From: Nitrospirota bacterium
Lineage (GTDB): Bacteria; Nitrospirota; UBA9217
Direction: 5' to 3'
Length of the DNA stretch: 64,000 bases
NCBI GenBank assembly: GCA_963754875.1
Contig: CAVWHO010000020.1
Location: 1-64,000 of the forward strand
In this document: one piece after another, positions 40,144 to 51,019 of the stretch
Layout of the letters: every line of letters starts with the position of its first letter
Numbering within the stretch: position 1 is the first letter of the stretch
Program-made: the position numbers and the translations under genes
The notes under the pieces: model-generated
What the model was told of the DNA's origin: nothing
Seen by the model: the letters and a program-made list of their open reading frames with translations, nothing else
Database searches by the model: none

Positions 40144-43100
40144 ATGCTGAAACGGATTTCACTCATCGTCGCGACCTGTCTCGTTTCCGCCGTTGCCATG
40201 GCGGAAACGAACGCCACGTCTGTTTCGGCTTCGCCGGATGCTTCGGAAACGCGCGTATCGGAGGCGACCGCTCTGGGCCAGGCGGTCGAACAACAAGCGG
40301 GAACCGATGAGCCGCGCACCTTATGGGTGCGCGACGGTGACGCGGCTGGCAAGCAGGGCGACAAAGTCCAAATGGAGAAGGTCAAGGAGAAAGCGGTTAA
40401 GACCATCAAACTGCAGAACCTCGTCCCTCCGATCCACTTTGCATCGGGGGAAGCGGAGATTCCCGAAGGCACTGTACAGCGTCTGCGCGACGTGCTCGAC
40501 AAGATGAAAGGGCGCAGCAACGTCCGGCTGCATTTCGTGGGGTACACGGACAACGCGCAGCTCTTTGGCGGAGTGAAGCAAAAGTACGGCGACAATCTCT
40601 CGTTATCGCGGGAACGAGCGGGAGTCGCCGCCGAGTATTTCCAGAAGGCCCTCCATCTTTCGCCCGAGTCGATTACCTATGAAGGCATGGGCGAATCCCA
40701 GCCAATAGCGAGCAACGCCACCGAGGAAGGCAAGGCGCTCAATCGGCGGGTCGAAGTCGAGGTCTGGTACGACGAGTTCACCGATAAGCTCGTGGATAAA
40801 GAGGTGGTGGTTCCGGAGCAGATGAATCGCGTAAAGGTGTGCCGCGTCCAGACGGTGTGTAAGCTGCGCTACAAGGAGGGGCACGCAAAGCGCGCGCGCA
40901 TCAAGAATCTGGTGGAGCCGCTTCACTTCGACGATGACACGACGGCCATACCCGAGGATTTCGTCCAAAAGGTGCGGCAGGCGCTCACCAACCTCGGAGC
41001 AAAACAGCACGTCGTCGTCAAGTTCATCGGGTATACCGACAACCTGCCTCTTACGGGGCGGGCCGAGCGCGTGTACGGAACTGCGTTGGCGTTGTCGAAG
41101 GCGCGGGCGCGGCGGGCGGCGCTGGCCATTCAGGATGCGCTGAAACTCCCGACGTCGGGGATCGACGTGGATGGCAAGGGCGGAGCCAATCCGATTGCCT
41201 CGAACGACACCGAGAAAGGTCGGGCGCTCAATCGGCGCATCGAAGTCGAATTCTGGTATGACGACGCGCTGCAGGAGCTGTCGGACGAGCCGCAGCTCTG
41301 CCCGGAAGCCGCGGGTGCGGAAACGGTGACCCGCGTTTACGATCCGCCTTCCGGCGGCGTCAAGCCGGTCCTGTTTGAGCAGGGCAAGCCGGTCATTACG
41401 CCGGAACAGCTGGAGCGTCTGCGCAGCAGCATGGACGAGATTCGCGACAAAACGAAGGTGCGATTGCGTTTCATCGGCTATACCAACGACGAGCGCCTCG
41501 ACCGCCGCACTGCGATGGTGTACGGTGACGATATCGGTCTTTCCACCGCCCGTGCCCGCCGGGTCATGAATGCCGTCAAAGAGCAGCTGGGTCTGAAGGA
41601 CGGGCAGGTGGAGTTCGAGGGGCGCGGTTACGTGCAATCGGATGACGTGGTCAATACGGGCTTTGTCGAGTCCGATACGGCGCGCGTCGAAGTGCAGATC
41701 GTATATGACGAGCTGTTGGCGCTTGACGACACCGAGGGGCTGGATATCACGCGCTTCACGCGTGAGGTCACTCCGAAGGATCCCCTTGCGCTGAACCTCA
41801 TGCGCATCACCGTCGACGGCAAACCGGTCGATGATCCCAACAAGAGCATCGCCGATATCGAGCGGTGTACCGACGTGGCCCTGGACAAGGCGAATGTGCA
41901 ATTCAAGTTCGACAATCTGGAGCTAAAACCCCGGCTCAATGCGACGGCCTGGCCGAATTTCATTCGTTATCAGGACGACCCGAATACCGAATACCCGGAA
42001 AACCTGATACGGTTTCGCACGTACACGAACTACGCGGCGTTTATCAGGAAATCGGAAATTCGCATCTTCGACGCGCAGGAGTCGCTCAACGATACACCGC
42101 TGGCTGTCATCGAGGTCAACAAGGACGGCCGGGCCGAGTGGCAGCCGACGCTTCCCAAACCGAAGGCCCCCGGTGACTCATTGAAATACGTGCTTCGTGT
42201 CTACGACGGGTCGAATCATTTCGACGAGACGAAGCCACTGCCGATCTGGATCGTCGACCGGCAGCCTGTGGAAATTCAGGACCACGATGCAGAGAAAGAG
42301 TTGCTGGTCGGCTACGGCGAGAACCACCTCGTCGTAGACAACATTCCGAAGAACGGCGGGACCATCAAGGTGTATGGCAGCGCTGTCCCCACGGATCATT
42401 CGGTGTTCGTGGCCGGCCGCGCAGTCCCGGTCGGAAAGGAAGGCAAGTTTGTCACCGAAGAAATTCTGCCACAGGGCATGCACACCGTTGAGGTGGCGAT
42501 ACTCGATACAGCGGGCAACGGCGACCTGTTCCTGCGCGATCTCGATCTGAAAAAGAATGACTGGTTTTACGTCGGCATCGCCGATGTGACGGTCGCCCGG
42601 GATTTCACGACCGGCCCGGCGGAGCTCGTCACGAACGATCAGACGCACTTTAACAACGAGCTCAGCACCGATGGTCGGCTGGCCTTCTACACCAAGGGCA
42701 AGTTCGGCGAGGGCTGGGAATTGACCTCAAGCGCTGACTCGCTCGAAGGGCCGGTCAAGGATATCTTCAGTAACATAGGAGACAGATCTTCCGACTCATT
42801 GTTCCGGAGCATCGATCCTCAGTATTACTACCCTACCTACGGTGACGACGGCAGCGTGGAGGAGGGGGCACCGACGCTCGGCAAGTTCTACCTGAAGCTG
42901 AAGAAGGACGAGAGCTACGGCCTGTGGGGGAACTTCAAAATCGGGTACAACGATAACGATCTGGCGCATGTCGATCGCGGATTGTACGGCGCCAACGCCC
43001 ATTATCAAACACCGGCGACGACGAGCTTCGGCGAACAGCGGTTCATGATTGACGGCTTTGCCGCGCAACCGGGAACAGTCGGAACACGAGACGAGTTTCT

Positions 43101-45288
43101 GGGTACCGGCGGCTCGCTCTACTACCTCCGTCATCAGGACATCCTCACCGGCTCCGAGCGCGTGCGCATCGAGGTGCGCGACAAGGATTCGGGCATCGTC
43201 ACTTCGGTTAAAAATCTGACGCCGACCCTTGATTACACCGTGGACTATCTGCAGGGACGTATTTCGCTTTCGCAACCCCTGTCGCCGACGGCGAGCGACA
43301 ATCTGCTGGTGACCAGCGACACCGCGGGCGGTAATCCGGTTTACTTGGTCGTGCGCTACGAATACGTGCCGAGCTCCGGAGACACCAACAGCATGAGCCT
43401 CGGCGGTCGTACCCATGTGTGGCTGAACGACTACGTGAAACTGGGCATCACTTCCAGCAAGGACCAGGATTCGGAGAACCCGAGCGGGCTCAATGCCGCC
43501 GATCTTACCCTCAGGAAGAGCGCCGAGTCGTGGATCAAGGTGGAGACGTCTAGGAGCAATGGATCCGGCCTGACTTCCCTTTCTTCCAGCGATGGAGGCT
43601 TCACGTTTGGTTCGACCACCACGTTCGACGGCAGCGGGAACATCAGCGCCGGCGCATACCGGGTCGATGCCAGCCTCGGTTTCAAAGATATCATCGACAA
43701 TGCGAACGGCCAGTTGACGCTCTACACGCAGAGCCTCGATGCGGGCTATTCGGCGCCGGGCCTCGAGACGGCCACGGATACCAGGCAGTACGGCGGCACC
43801 CTGAAGGCGCCGGTGACAGACAGAATCAATGTAACCGCCAAGGCGGACATAACGACCCGGCAACAGGGCCTCGATACCAATGCGTCCGAGGTCGATCTCA
43901 ACTATCTTCTGACCGAGCATTGGACCCTGAGCCCGGGGGCGAGGCTCGACAGCCGTGTGGATCACTCGCCGGTAGTGCCGACGACGCAGATGGAGGGTGA
44001 TCGGACGGACGCGGCCTTGCGGGCGACCTACGATTCCAGGGAGAGATGGAGTGCCTACGGTTTCGTGCAGGATACGGTCAGCAAGACGGGCAACCGCGAA
44101 GACAATGGTCGTGTGGGTTCGGGCGGTTCGTACCGCGTTACCGACCGGTTCAAGGTGACTGGTGAAGTGTCGAGCGGTGATCTCGGCGGCGCCGGCAAGG
44201 CCGGTACGGAGTATCTCTACTCCGACCGGACCAATATGTACCTCAATTACGTGTACGACAACGAGACCCCGGACAACGGTATCCGTTCGAACAAAGGAAA
44301 TATCGTCTCCGGGGTCAAGACCCGTTACTCCGACAGCACGAGCGTGTATGCGGAAGAGAAGTACACCTACGGCGACGTGCCGACGGGCCTCACTCATTCC
44401 GCGGGCGTCGACCTTGCGCCTTTTGATCACTGGAACTTCGGTGCCAATGTTGATTTCGGAACGCTGCGGGACCCCCTCACCGCGGCGCGTCTCGAGCGCA
44501 CTGCGGCCGGCGTGCGGGTCGGTTACGGGATTGTTGATTTCACCTGGACGACCGCGTTCGAGTATCTCGTGGACAAGACCGAAACAGCAAGCCCGGACAT
44601 GAGCGTGAGCACGGTGGATCGGGACAGCTGGCTGATCAAGAACAGCTTCAAATACCAGATGGGCCCCTCGTCGCGGATCCTCGGGAAGCTGAATCACGCC
44701 GAGAGCAAGAGCTCGCTCGGCAGTTTCTTCGACGGCAATTACACGGAAGCCGTCCTGGGTTACGGCTATCGGCCCGTGACGAATGACCGCCTCAACACCT
44801 TGTTCAAATATACGTACTTTTACAATCTCCCGAGCCCCGGCCAGGTCACCGATACGGTCACCAATACGGCCACCAATACCGTCACGAATACGGCCGCGGA
44901 TTTCATTCAGAAGAGCCACATCTTCTCGTTGGATGCGATGTATGACCTCACCCGGCGCTGGACCATCGGCGGCAAGTATGCCTACCGGCTGGGGCAGGTG
45001 AGCCTGGACCGGGTCAACCCCGAGTATTTTGACAGCCGGGCGTCCCTGTATATCGTGCGCGCCGACTTGCACTTCGTCCACAGCTGGGACGCCCTGATCG
45101 AAGGCCGCCTGCTCGACCTGCCCGACGCCAAGGACAGCCTCAGCGGGGTATTGGTGGGTATTTACCGGCAGGTCGGCAATCACATCAAGCTGGGGGTCGG
45201 CTACAACTTCAGCAAATTCTCTGATGATCTGACCCAACTGGATTACAAACACCAGGGCTTGTTCATCAATTTGATCGGGGAAATCTAA
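40144..45288 (+). CDS. Large outer-membrane protein: three OmpA-like peptidoglycan-binding domains + putative C-terminal beta-barrel
   Basis: Signal peptide; three FxGYT[DN]...LSxxRA units, two ending NRR[VI]EV; C-terminal ~900 aa of amphipathic strands ending LGVGYNFSKFSDDL...GLFINLIGEI. Confidence 0.85.
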   Translation: MLKRISLIVATCLVSAVAMAETNATSVSASPDASETRVSEATALGQAVEQQAGTDEPRTLWVRDGDAAGKQGDKVQMEKVKEKAVKTIKLQNLVPPIHFASGEAEIPEGTVQRLRDVLDKMKGRSNVRLHFVGYTDNAQLFGGVKQKYGDNLSLSRERAGVAAEYFQKALHLSPESITYEGMGESQPIASNATEEGKALNRRVEVEVWYDEFTDKLVDKEVVVPEQMNRVKVCRVQTVCKLRYKEGHAKRARIKNLVEPLHFDDDTTAIPEDFVQKVRQALTNLGAKQHVVVKFIGYTDNLPLTGRAERVYGTALALSKARARRAALAIQDALKLPTSGIDVDGKGGANPIASNDTEKGRALNRRIEVEFWYDDALQELSDEPQLCPEAAGAETVTRVYDPPSGGVKPVLFEQGKPVITPEQLERLRSSMDEIRDKTKVRLRFIGYTNDERLDRRTAMVYGDDIGLSTARARRVMNAVKEQLGLKDGQVEFEGRGYVQSDDVVNTGFVESDTARVEVQIVYDELLALDDTEGLDITRFTREVTPKDPLALNLMRITVDGKPVDDPNKSIADIERCTDVALDKANVQFKFDNLELKPRLNATAWPNFIRYQDDPNTEYPENLIRFRTYTNYAAFIRKSEIRIFDAQESLNDTPLAVIEVNKDGRAEWQPTLPKPKAPGDSLKYVLRVYDGSNHFDETKPLPIWIVDRQPVEIQDHDAEKELLVGYGENHLVVDNIPKNGGTIKVYGSAVPTDHSVFVAGRAVPVGKEGKFVTEEILPQGMHTVEVAILDTAGNGDLFLRDLDLKKNDWFYVGIADVTVARDFTTGPAELVTNDQTHFNNELSTDGRLAFYTKGKFGEGWELTSSADSLEGPVKDIFSNIGDRSSDSLFRSIDPQYYYPTYGDDGSVEEGAPTLGKFYLKLKKDESYGLWGNFKIGYNDNDLAHVDRGLYGANAHYQTPATTSFGEQRFMIDGFAAQPGTVGTRDEFLGTGGSLYYLRHQDILTGSERVRIEVRDKDSGIVTSVKNLTPTLDYTVDYLQGRISLSQPLSPTASDNLLVTSDTAGGNPVYLVVRYEYVPSSGDTNSMSLGGRTHVWLNDYVKLGITSSKDQDSENPSGLNAADLTLRKSAESWIKVETSRSNGSGLTSLSSSDGGFTFGSTTTFDGSGNISAGAYRVDASLGFKDIIDNANGQLTLYTQSLDAGYSAPGLETATDTRQYGGTLKAPVTDRINVTAKADITTRQQGLDTNASEVDLNYLLTEHWTLSPGARLDSRVDHSPVVPTTQMEGDRTDAALRATYDSRERWSAYGFVQDTVSKTGNREDNGRVGSGGSYRVTDRFKVTGEVSSGDLGGAGKAGTEYLYSDRTNMYLNYVYDNETPDNGIRSNKGNIVSGVKTRYSDSTSVYAEEKYTYGDVPTGLTHSAGVDLAPFDHWNFGANVDFGTLRDPLTAARLERTAAGVRVGYGIVDFTWTTAFEYLVDKTETASPDMSVSTVDRDSWLIKNSFKYQMGPSSRILGKLNHAESKSSLGSFFDGNYTEAVLGYGYRPVTNDRLNTLFKYTYFYNLPSPGQVTDTVTNTATNTVTNTAADFIQKSHIFSLDAMYDLTRRWTIGGKYAYRLGQVSLDRVNPEYFDSRASLYIVRADLHFVHSWDALIEGRLLDLPDAKDSLSGVLVGIYRQVGNHIKLGVGYNFSKFSDDLTQLDYKHQGLFINLIGEI

Positions 45289-45303
45289 ATGCTCATTATC
45301 TTT

Positions 45304-45377
45304 GCCACGTATGAACACGGATGGCCGCGGATAAAATCACTTTATCCATTCCTCCGCGTACTCGTGTCCTCCGTGGC
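45304..45377. repeat. Short intergenic inverted repeat
   Basis: GCCACGTATGAACACGGATGGCCGCGGA ... TCCGCGTACTCGTGTCCTCCGTGGC. Confidence 0.55.
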
Positions 45378-45407
45378 TAATAGGTGTTCGACGAACAGGA
45401 GGCGGCC

Positions 45408-45923
45408 ATGCTCAATATTTTAGGAAGATTCATTCTATCCGTTGCCCTGCTGATGCTGAGCTTCCCTGCCTATGCGGAAGAAGTCTCCAGGGAACAGATC
45501 AAGGGGCTGGATGAACAGGTACAGGAAATCAAGACCGATGCCCTGAGCATTGCGGCGGAACTGAACCAGCTTGAAGAGAAGCTGCTGTATCCGTCCAATA
45601 CGCAGGTCGCGGTGTTCCTATCGCTGGTCAAGGGCGAAACCTTTCGTCTCGACTCTGTCGAGATCCGGTTGGACGGCAAGCCGGTTGCCTATCATCTTTA
45701 CACCTTCAAGGAACTCGAAGCCCTGCAGAAGGGGGGGGTGCAGCGCATCTACACCGGCAATGTCCGGTCCGGTGAGCATGATCTCCAGGTTGTTGTCATC
45801 GGCAAAACCAGGGGAGGCTCCGACCTGCAAAAATCGGAGAGCTTCAAGGTCAACAAGGCCGTGGGCCCCAAGATCGTGGAACTATCTCTGGCCGCCCAAA
45901 GCATTACCCTGAATGATAGGTAG
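45408..45923 (+). CDS. Periplasmic protein, coiled coil + small beta domain (function unknown)
   Basis: Signal peptide ending AYA; LDEQVQEIK..LEEKLLYP; LQKGGVQRIYTGNV; GGAGG RBS. Confidence 0.8.
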   Translation: MLNILGRFILSVALLMLSFPAYAEEVSREQIKGLDEQVQEIKTDALSIAAELNQLEEKLLYPSNTQVAVFLSLVKGETFRLDSVEIRLDGKPVAYHLYTFKELEALQKGGVQRIYTGNVRSGEHDLQVVVIGKTRGGSDLQKSESFKVNKAVGPKIVELSLAAQSITLNDR

Positions 45924-45927
45924 ACCA

Positions 45928-47817
45928 ATGAACAGGCTGCTTGTTTTATTGACAATTCTGATATTCTCTGCGTCTTCGGCATCGGCCGCTCCGTCCGCTC
46001 CGAAAGAACTGAAGGATCTCTATTTCGGGGAGGCCCTGTACGACGCATTCCAGGGGGACTGGTTCGACGCCATCGCCAGGCTCGACACCGAGCTTGCGCA
46101 GCACTACCGGGTCGATGAACCGGAACGCGACACCCTTCACTACCACGTCAACCAGGCGGAGTTTGACGTGGGTGATTTCGAATTGGCATACCGGATGCAC
46201 CAGCGTGCCGGGCACGCCATCAAGGCGGTGATCGAGGGCAATGTCGAGGAGACCGTGCGCAACGAGGCCATTTTCCGTCTGGCCCGGATGTACTTCCGGA
46301 AAGACCAGCCGGAAAACGCATTGCATGCCGTCGAGCGCATCCACGGCGCCGTTCCCGCGAAGGTCCGCGTCGATCTCGCTTTCTTGCGCGCGAATATCGC
46401 CATGGCCAACAACCGCAACGCCGAGGCCGTCCGCATTCTGAGAGACCTGCAAAAAGAGAAGAGCCTGGAAGGGTTCAGCTCCTACAACCTGGGGATCGCG
46501 CTGCTCCGGAACGGCAAGGAGAAGAACGGCCGGGAGTATCTCGATCGGACCGGCCGGATCGAGAGCGACAATCCGGCAACGCTGGCGATCAGGGACAAAG
46601 CGAACCTGGTGCTCGGCGACAAGCTCATGAGCGAGAAAAGTTTCACCACCGCCAAGGAGGTGCTCGACAGGGTGCGCCTGAGCGGACCGTTCTCCAACCG
46701 CGCCCTGCTCGGTTCGGGATGGGCCGACGCCTCCCGCGAACGGTTCGAACGCGCCCTGGTGCCGTGGACCATCCTGTCCGAACGCGCGGTCACGGACCCG
46801 GCGGTGCAGGAAGCCATGCTCGCCGTGCCCTATGCCTACGGGAAGCTCGGCGTGTTCAGCAAGGCGGCGCTGATGTACGGCCGGGCGCTGGAGGCGTTCG
46901 GCAAGGAGATCGACAAGCTCGGCTCCTCGATCTCGAGCATCCGCGAAGGCAAATTTCTCAACGCCCTGGTGCGGGAAGAGCTGAAGCAGGACCCCGACTG
47001 GGTGGTCAAGCTGCGCGAGCTGCCGGGAACGCCCGAGACGTTCTATCTGCTCGACTTGATGGCGTCCCATGATTTCCAGGAATCGCTCAAAAATTACCTC
47101 GACCTCGAGGAGCTGCGCAAGAAACTGGAGGTCTGGTCGGATGACCTGGCCGCCTTCGAGGACTTGATCGGTCAGCGCCGGGCCTATTACCAGCCGCTGC
47201 TGCCCGCGATCGACCGGGAATTCAGACGGCTCGATTCGCTGATGCGGTTGCGGCTGGAGCAGCGGGACCGGATCGAACAACGGCTGCAGGCCATGCTGGT
47301 GGCGCCGAGGCCGGACTACCTGGCGACGGCGCAGGAGCGGATTTTCGGGGAGCACCTTGCACGGTTGGAGAAGGCCATGGCGCGCGGAGGCACGTCCGTA
47401 CACGGCGAAGTTGAGGCCCGTATCAAACGCCTGCGGGGAGTTCTGGACTGGAAGATCTATACGGAATACGACCAGCGTCTTACCTCGGCGTACAGACATC
47501 TTCGGGAACTGAACAACGTCATCGACGCGCTGCACCGGCAATATGCCTCCTTTGTCCGTACCCGCCAGGCGGCGACGCAGAGCTATGAAGGGTACGACGA
47601 GGTGATCCGCACCCAGCGGGCCCGGATCACTGTTGCCCGGGAGAGCGTGCGGGACCTGATGGCCCGTCAGGGGCACATGCTCGAAGTCATGGCCGTGAAT
47701 GAACTCACGAAGCGGCGCGATCGCCTCGAAGAGTTCCAGATCAAGGCGCGCTTCGCCATGGCGGACAGTTACGATCGCGCCATGAAGGACCAACTCCGGA
47801 AGAGGGACGAGCGATGA
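45928..47817 (+). CDS. Secreted TPR + coiled-coil protein (GltC-like)
   Basis: Signal peptide; helical TPR-like repeats (SYNLGIALL, RALLGSGWA, EAMLAVPYAY); C-terminal coiled coil. Confidence 0.75.
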   Translation: MNRLLVLLTILIFSASSASAAPSAPKELKDLYFGEALYDAFQGDWFDAIARLDTELAQHYRVDEPERDTLHYHVNQAEFDVGDFELAYRMHQRAGHAIKAVIEGNVEETVRNEAIFRLARMYFRKDQPENALHAVERIHGAVPAKVRVDLAFLRANIAMANNRNAEAVRILRDLQKEKSLEGFSSYNLGIALLRNGKEKNGREYLDRTGRIESDNPATLAIRDKANLVLGDKLMSEKSFTTAKEVLDRVRLSGPFSNRALLGSGWADASRERFERALVPWTILSERAVTDPAVQEAMLAVPYAYGKLGVFSKAALMYGRALEAFGKEIDKLGSSISSIREGKFLNALVREELKQDPDWVVKLRELPGTPETFYLLDLMASHDFQESLKNYLDLEELRKKLEVWSDDLAAFEDLIGQRRAYYQPLLPAIDREFRRLDSLMRLRLEQRDRIEQRLQAMLVAPRPDYLATAQERIFGEHLARLEKAMARGGTSVHGEVEARIKRLRGVLDWKIYTEYDQRLTSAYRHLRELNNVIDALHRQYASFVRTRQAATQSYEGYDEVIRTQRARITVARESVRDLMARQGHMLEVMAVNELTKRRDRLEEFQIKARFAMADSYDRAMKDQLRKRDER

Positions 47818-50800
47818 GGACGATGACTTGTCTTCGCTGGAGCGCGCTCGCGCTGTTGCCGCTTCTGGCCGCCTGTCAGTCGATCGGCAGCAGGGACACG
47901 ATTGCCTCGCTGCGGAACAGGCACATCGAAATCAAGGAAGAGAAGATCGAAGGCGGACTCGAGAAAGCCATGGAGGGTTACCAACGCTTTCTCGAGGAAA
48001 CTCCGGAATCGGCCCTGAAGCCGGAGGCCATTCGACGCCTGGCGGACCTCAAGATCGAGAGGGAATACGGGTATATCGGAGGCGGAGAAGAGCGCCCCCG
48101 GACGGCCCCGAAACTGCCCGCCCCGGCGCCTCGGCCTGTTGTTGCGCCGCCAACCGTTGCATCGGCCCCGACGCGGTCCGGCAGTGAGTCCGACGCCGAT
48201 TTCGAGAAAAGGACCGCCCTGAGCAAGCCGGTTACGCATACGGCAGCGAAGGAGGGCATCGCCTTGCCGGGCGCCGAGGACCTGGAACGGGCGGGAGCGC
48301 GCGAGGCCATCGCGCTGTACCAGAAGCTTCTTAAGCAGTACCCGCTGTACGAACACAACGACGAGGTGCTGTATCAGATGTCCCGTGCCTACGAGGAACA
48401 GGGGCAGGTCGAGGAGGCCATGCAGGTCATGGACCGGATGGTGCGGGAGTACCCGAAGTCCCGCTACATGGATGAAGTGCAGTTCCGGCGCGCCGAATAC
48501 TTTTTCACCCGCAGGCGTTACCTGGATGCCGAGGATGCCTACAGCAGCATCGTGACCATGGGCGCTTCTTCTTCCTATTATCAGCTCGCGCTGTACAAGC
48601 TGGGCTGGACGTTCTACAAGCAGGAACTCTACGACGACGCCCTGGATCGGTTCGTCGCCCTGCTGGATTACAAGGTGTCGACGGGCTATGACTTCGCCCA
48701 GACCGCGGACGAGCCGGAACGCAAGCGCATGGAGGACACCTTCCGCGTCGTCAGCCTGAGCTTTTCAAACACCGGCGGCGCCAATTCCGTGGTCGAGTAC
48801 TTCACCCGGCACGGCAAGCGCGGCTACGAGGACCGCGTCTACAGCAACCTCGGCGAATTCTACTTCGACAAGCGCCGTTACGCCGACGCCGCGGCGACCT
48901 ACAACGCCTATGTCAGCCGCAATCCGTTCGAGAAGGTATCGCCGCAATTCGCCATGCGGGTGATCGAGATCCAGGTTGCCGGGGGGTTCCCCAGCCTGGT
49001 CATCGACGCGAAAAAGCAATTTGCTGCCACGTACGGACTCAAGGCCGAATACTGGGGGCATTTCGATCCGGCCGCCCGTCCGGAAGTCCTGGCCTGGCTC
49101 AAAACGAACCTCACAGATCTGGCAAAGCATTATCACGCGCTTTACCAGAGCCCGCAGCAGGTGAAGGAAAAGAAGACGAACTTCGAAGAAGCGCTGCACT
49201 GGTACCAGGAATTCCTGACGTCCTTCCCGAAGGACCCTTCGTCGCCGGCCATCAATTATCTGCTGGCGGACCTGTTGCTGGAAAACCGCTCCTTCGATCT
49301 GGCGGCCACGGAATACGAAAAGACCGCCTATGCATATCCGCGCCACGAAAAGTCGTCGAAGGCCGGCTACGCGGCAATTTACGCCTGGCGCCAGCAGCTG
49401 GCCGGAGCCGCAGCCGGGGCAAAAGATCAGGTGAGACGGGAGGTCGTTCGCAGCTCGCTGAAGTTTGCCGACACCTATCCGGAGCACGAGAAGGCGGCGA
49501 TCGTCCTGGGTGCGGCCGCAGACGATCTGTACGACATGCGGGATTATGAGCAGGCGCTGGCGACCGCGCAAAAACTCAACACGGTTTTCCCCAACGCCGA
49601 CAAGGAGGTCAAGCGCGGGGCTTGGGACGTCATTGCCCATTCCTCCTTCGAACTCCATCGCTACAGCGAGGCCGAAACCGCGTACGTGAAGCTCCTGGAT
49701 TTCGTTCCCGAAGGCGACAAGGAACGCAGCGCCCTGGTGGACAACCTCGCGGTCTCGATTTACAAGCAGGGCGAGGAGGCGAATGCCCGCAAGGATTACC
49801 GGGCCGCGGCCGACCATTTTCTCCGCGTAGGGGTCCTCGCGCCGACCTCCAAAGTCTGGCCGAACGCGGAATATGACGCCGCTGCGGCCCTGATCCGGCT
49901 CAAGGACTGGAGTAAAGCGGCCGTCGTGCTGACCGGGTTCCGCGACAAATTCCCCGGCCACAAGCTGCAGCCCGAGGTGACCAAGAAGATCGCCTATGTC
50001 TATAAGGAAGACGGCCAGCTGTCGCAGGCCGCCGATGAGTATGAACGCATAGAAACAGAATCCCACGACGACGCAGTCAGGCGGGAGGCCCTGCTTATTG
50101 CCGCCGATCTGCACGAACAGGTCGGCAACCTCGTCCGCGCGATCGGGGTGTACCGCCGCTATGTGGGTTACTTCCCCCATCCGGTGGAACCCAACCTGGA
50201 AACGTGCAATAAAATCGCGGATGCCCTGAAGAAGAAAAACGATCATGACAGCTATCTCGCCGAGCTGAGACACATGGTGTCCATCGATGCGGGCGCGGGG
50301 GCCGAGCGTACGCCGCGGACCCGGTATCTTGCCGGGAACGCCGCGCTGGTGCTGGCCGAGCAAACCTTCGACCAGTTCGCCGAGGTCAAACTGGTCAAGC
50401 CGTTCAAGGCCAACCTGGGCAGGAAAAAAGAGCTGATGGAAAAAGCGACCAGGAAATTCACCAAACTCCTGGATTATGAAGTCGGCGAGGTTACGGCGGG
50501 GGCGACCTTTTATCTCGCCGAGATCTACGCCAACTTCAGCAAAGCGCTGCTGAAATCCGAACGTCCGGAGGGCTTGAGGCCCGCGGAGAAGGAGCAGTAC
50601 GACCTGGCCATAGAAGAGCAGGCCTATCCCTTCGAGGACAAAGCCATCGCAGTGCATAAAAAGAATCTTGAACTGATTACCGTGGGCATCTACAACGAGT
50701 GGATCGACAAGAGCCTGCAGAAACTGGCCAGGTTCGTACCTGCCCGCTATGACAAGCCGGAAGAGGAAAGCGCCGTGATCTCCTCGCCGGACACCTACGT

Positions 50801-51017
50801 GTTCGCGATCGACCGTCCGGCGCCGCCCGCGAAGGCGCCCGACAAGGCCGCAGCGGCCGCGGAACCGGAGCAGGCTGCGAAGCCCTCTGAGGCCAAAGAA
50901 GCAGTGAAGGCGGACGAACCGAAGCAGGCTGCGAAGCCGTCTGAAGCCAAAAAAGCAGCGCCAGGAGCGGGCGACAGCGGCGACAAGGGCATCCCGCCTG
51001 CCGCAACGGGGGAATAA
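47814..51017 (+). CDS. Large TPR lipoprotein (GltD-like)
   Basis: Lipobox LAAC; many TPRs (DEVLYQMSRAY, ALYKLGWTFY); C-terminal IEEQAYPFEDKAIAVH; ATGA overlap. Confidence 0.85.
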   Translation: MRTMTCLRWSALALLPLLAACQSIGSRDTIASLRNRHIEIKEEKIEGGLEKAMEGYQRFLEETPESALKPEAIRRLADLKIEREYGYIGGGEERPRTAPKLPAPAPRPVVAPPTVASAPTRSGSESDADFEKRTALSKPVTHTAAKEGIALPGAEDLERAGAREAIALYQKLLKQYPLYEHNDEVLYQMSRAYEEQGQVEEAMQVMDRMVREYPKSRYMDEVQFRRAEYFFTRRRYLDAEDAYSSIVTMGASSSYYQLALYKLGWTFYKQELYDDALDRFVALLDYKVSTGYDFAQTADEPERKRMEDTFRVVSLSFSNTGGANSVVEYFTRHGKRGYEDRVYSNLGEFYFDKRRYADAAATYNAYVSRNPFEKVSPQFAMRVIEIQVAGGFPSLVIDAKKQFAATYGLKAEYWGHFDPAARPEVLAWLKTNLTDLAKHYHALYQSPQQVKEKKTNFEEALHWYQEFLTSFPKDPSSPAINYLLADLLLENRSFDLAATEYEKTAYAYPRHEKSSKAGYAAIYAWRQQLAGAAAGAKDQVRREVVRSSLKFADTYPEHEKAAIVLGAAADDLYDMRDYEQALATAQKLNTVFPNADKEVKRGAWDVIAHSSFELHRYSEAETAYVKLLDFVPEGDKERSALVDNLAVSIYKQGEEANARKDYRAAADHFLRVGVLAPTSKVWPNAEYDAAAALIRLKDWSKAAVVLTGFRDKFPGHKLQPEVTKKIAYVYKEDGQLSQAADEYERIETESHDDAVRREALLIAADLHEQVGNLVRAIGVYRRYVGYFPHPVEPNLETCNKIADALKKKNDHDSYLAELRHMVSIDAGAGAERTPRTRYLAGNAALVLAEQTFDQFAEVKLVKPFKANLGRKKELMEKATRKFTKLLDYEVGEVTAGATFYLAEIYANFSKALLKSERPEGLRPAEKEQYDLAIEEQAYPFEDKAIAVHKKNLELITVGIYNEWIDKSLQKLARFVPARYDKPEEESAVISSPDTYVFAIDRPAPPAKAPDKAAAAAEPEQAAKPSEAKEAVKADEPKQAAKPSEAKKAAPGAGDSGDKGIPPAATGE

Positions 51018-51019
51018 AC

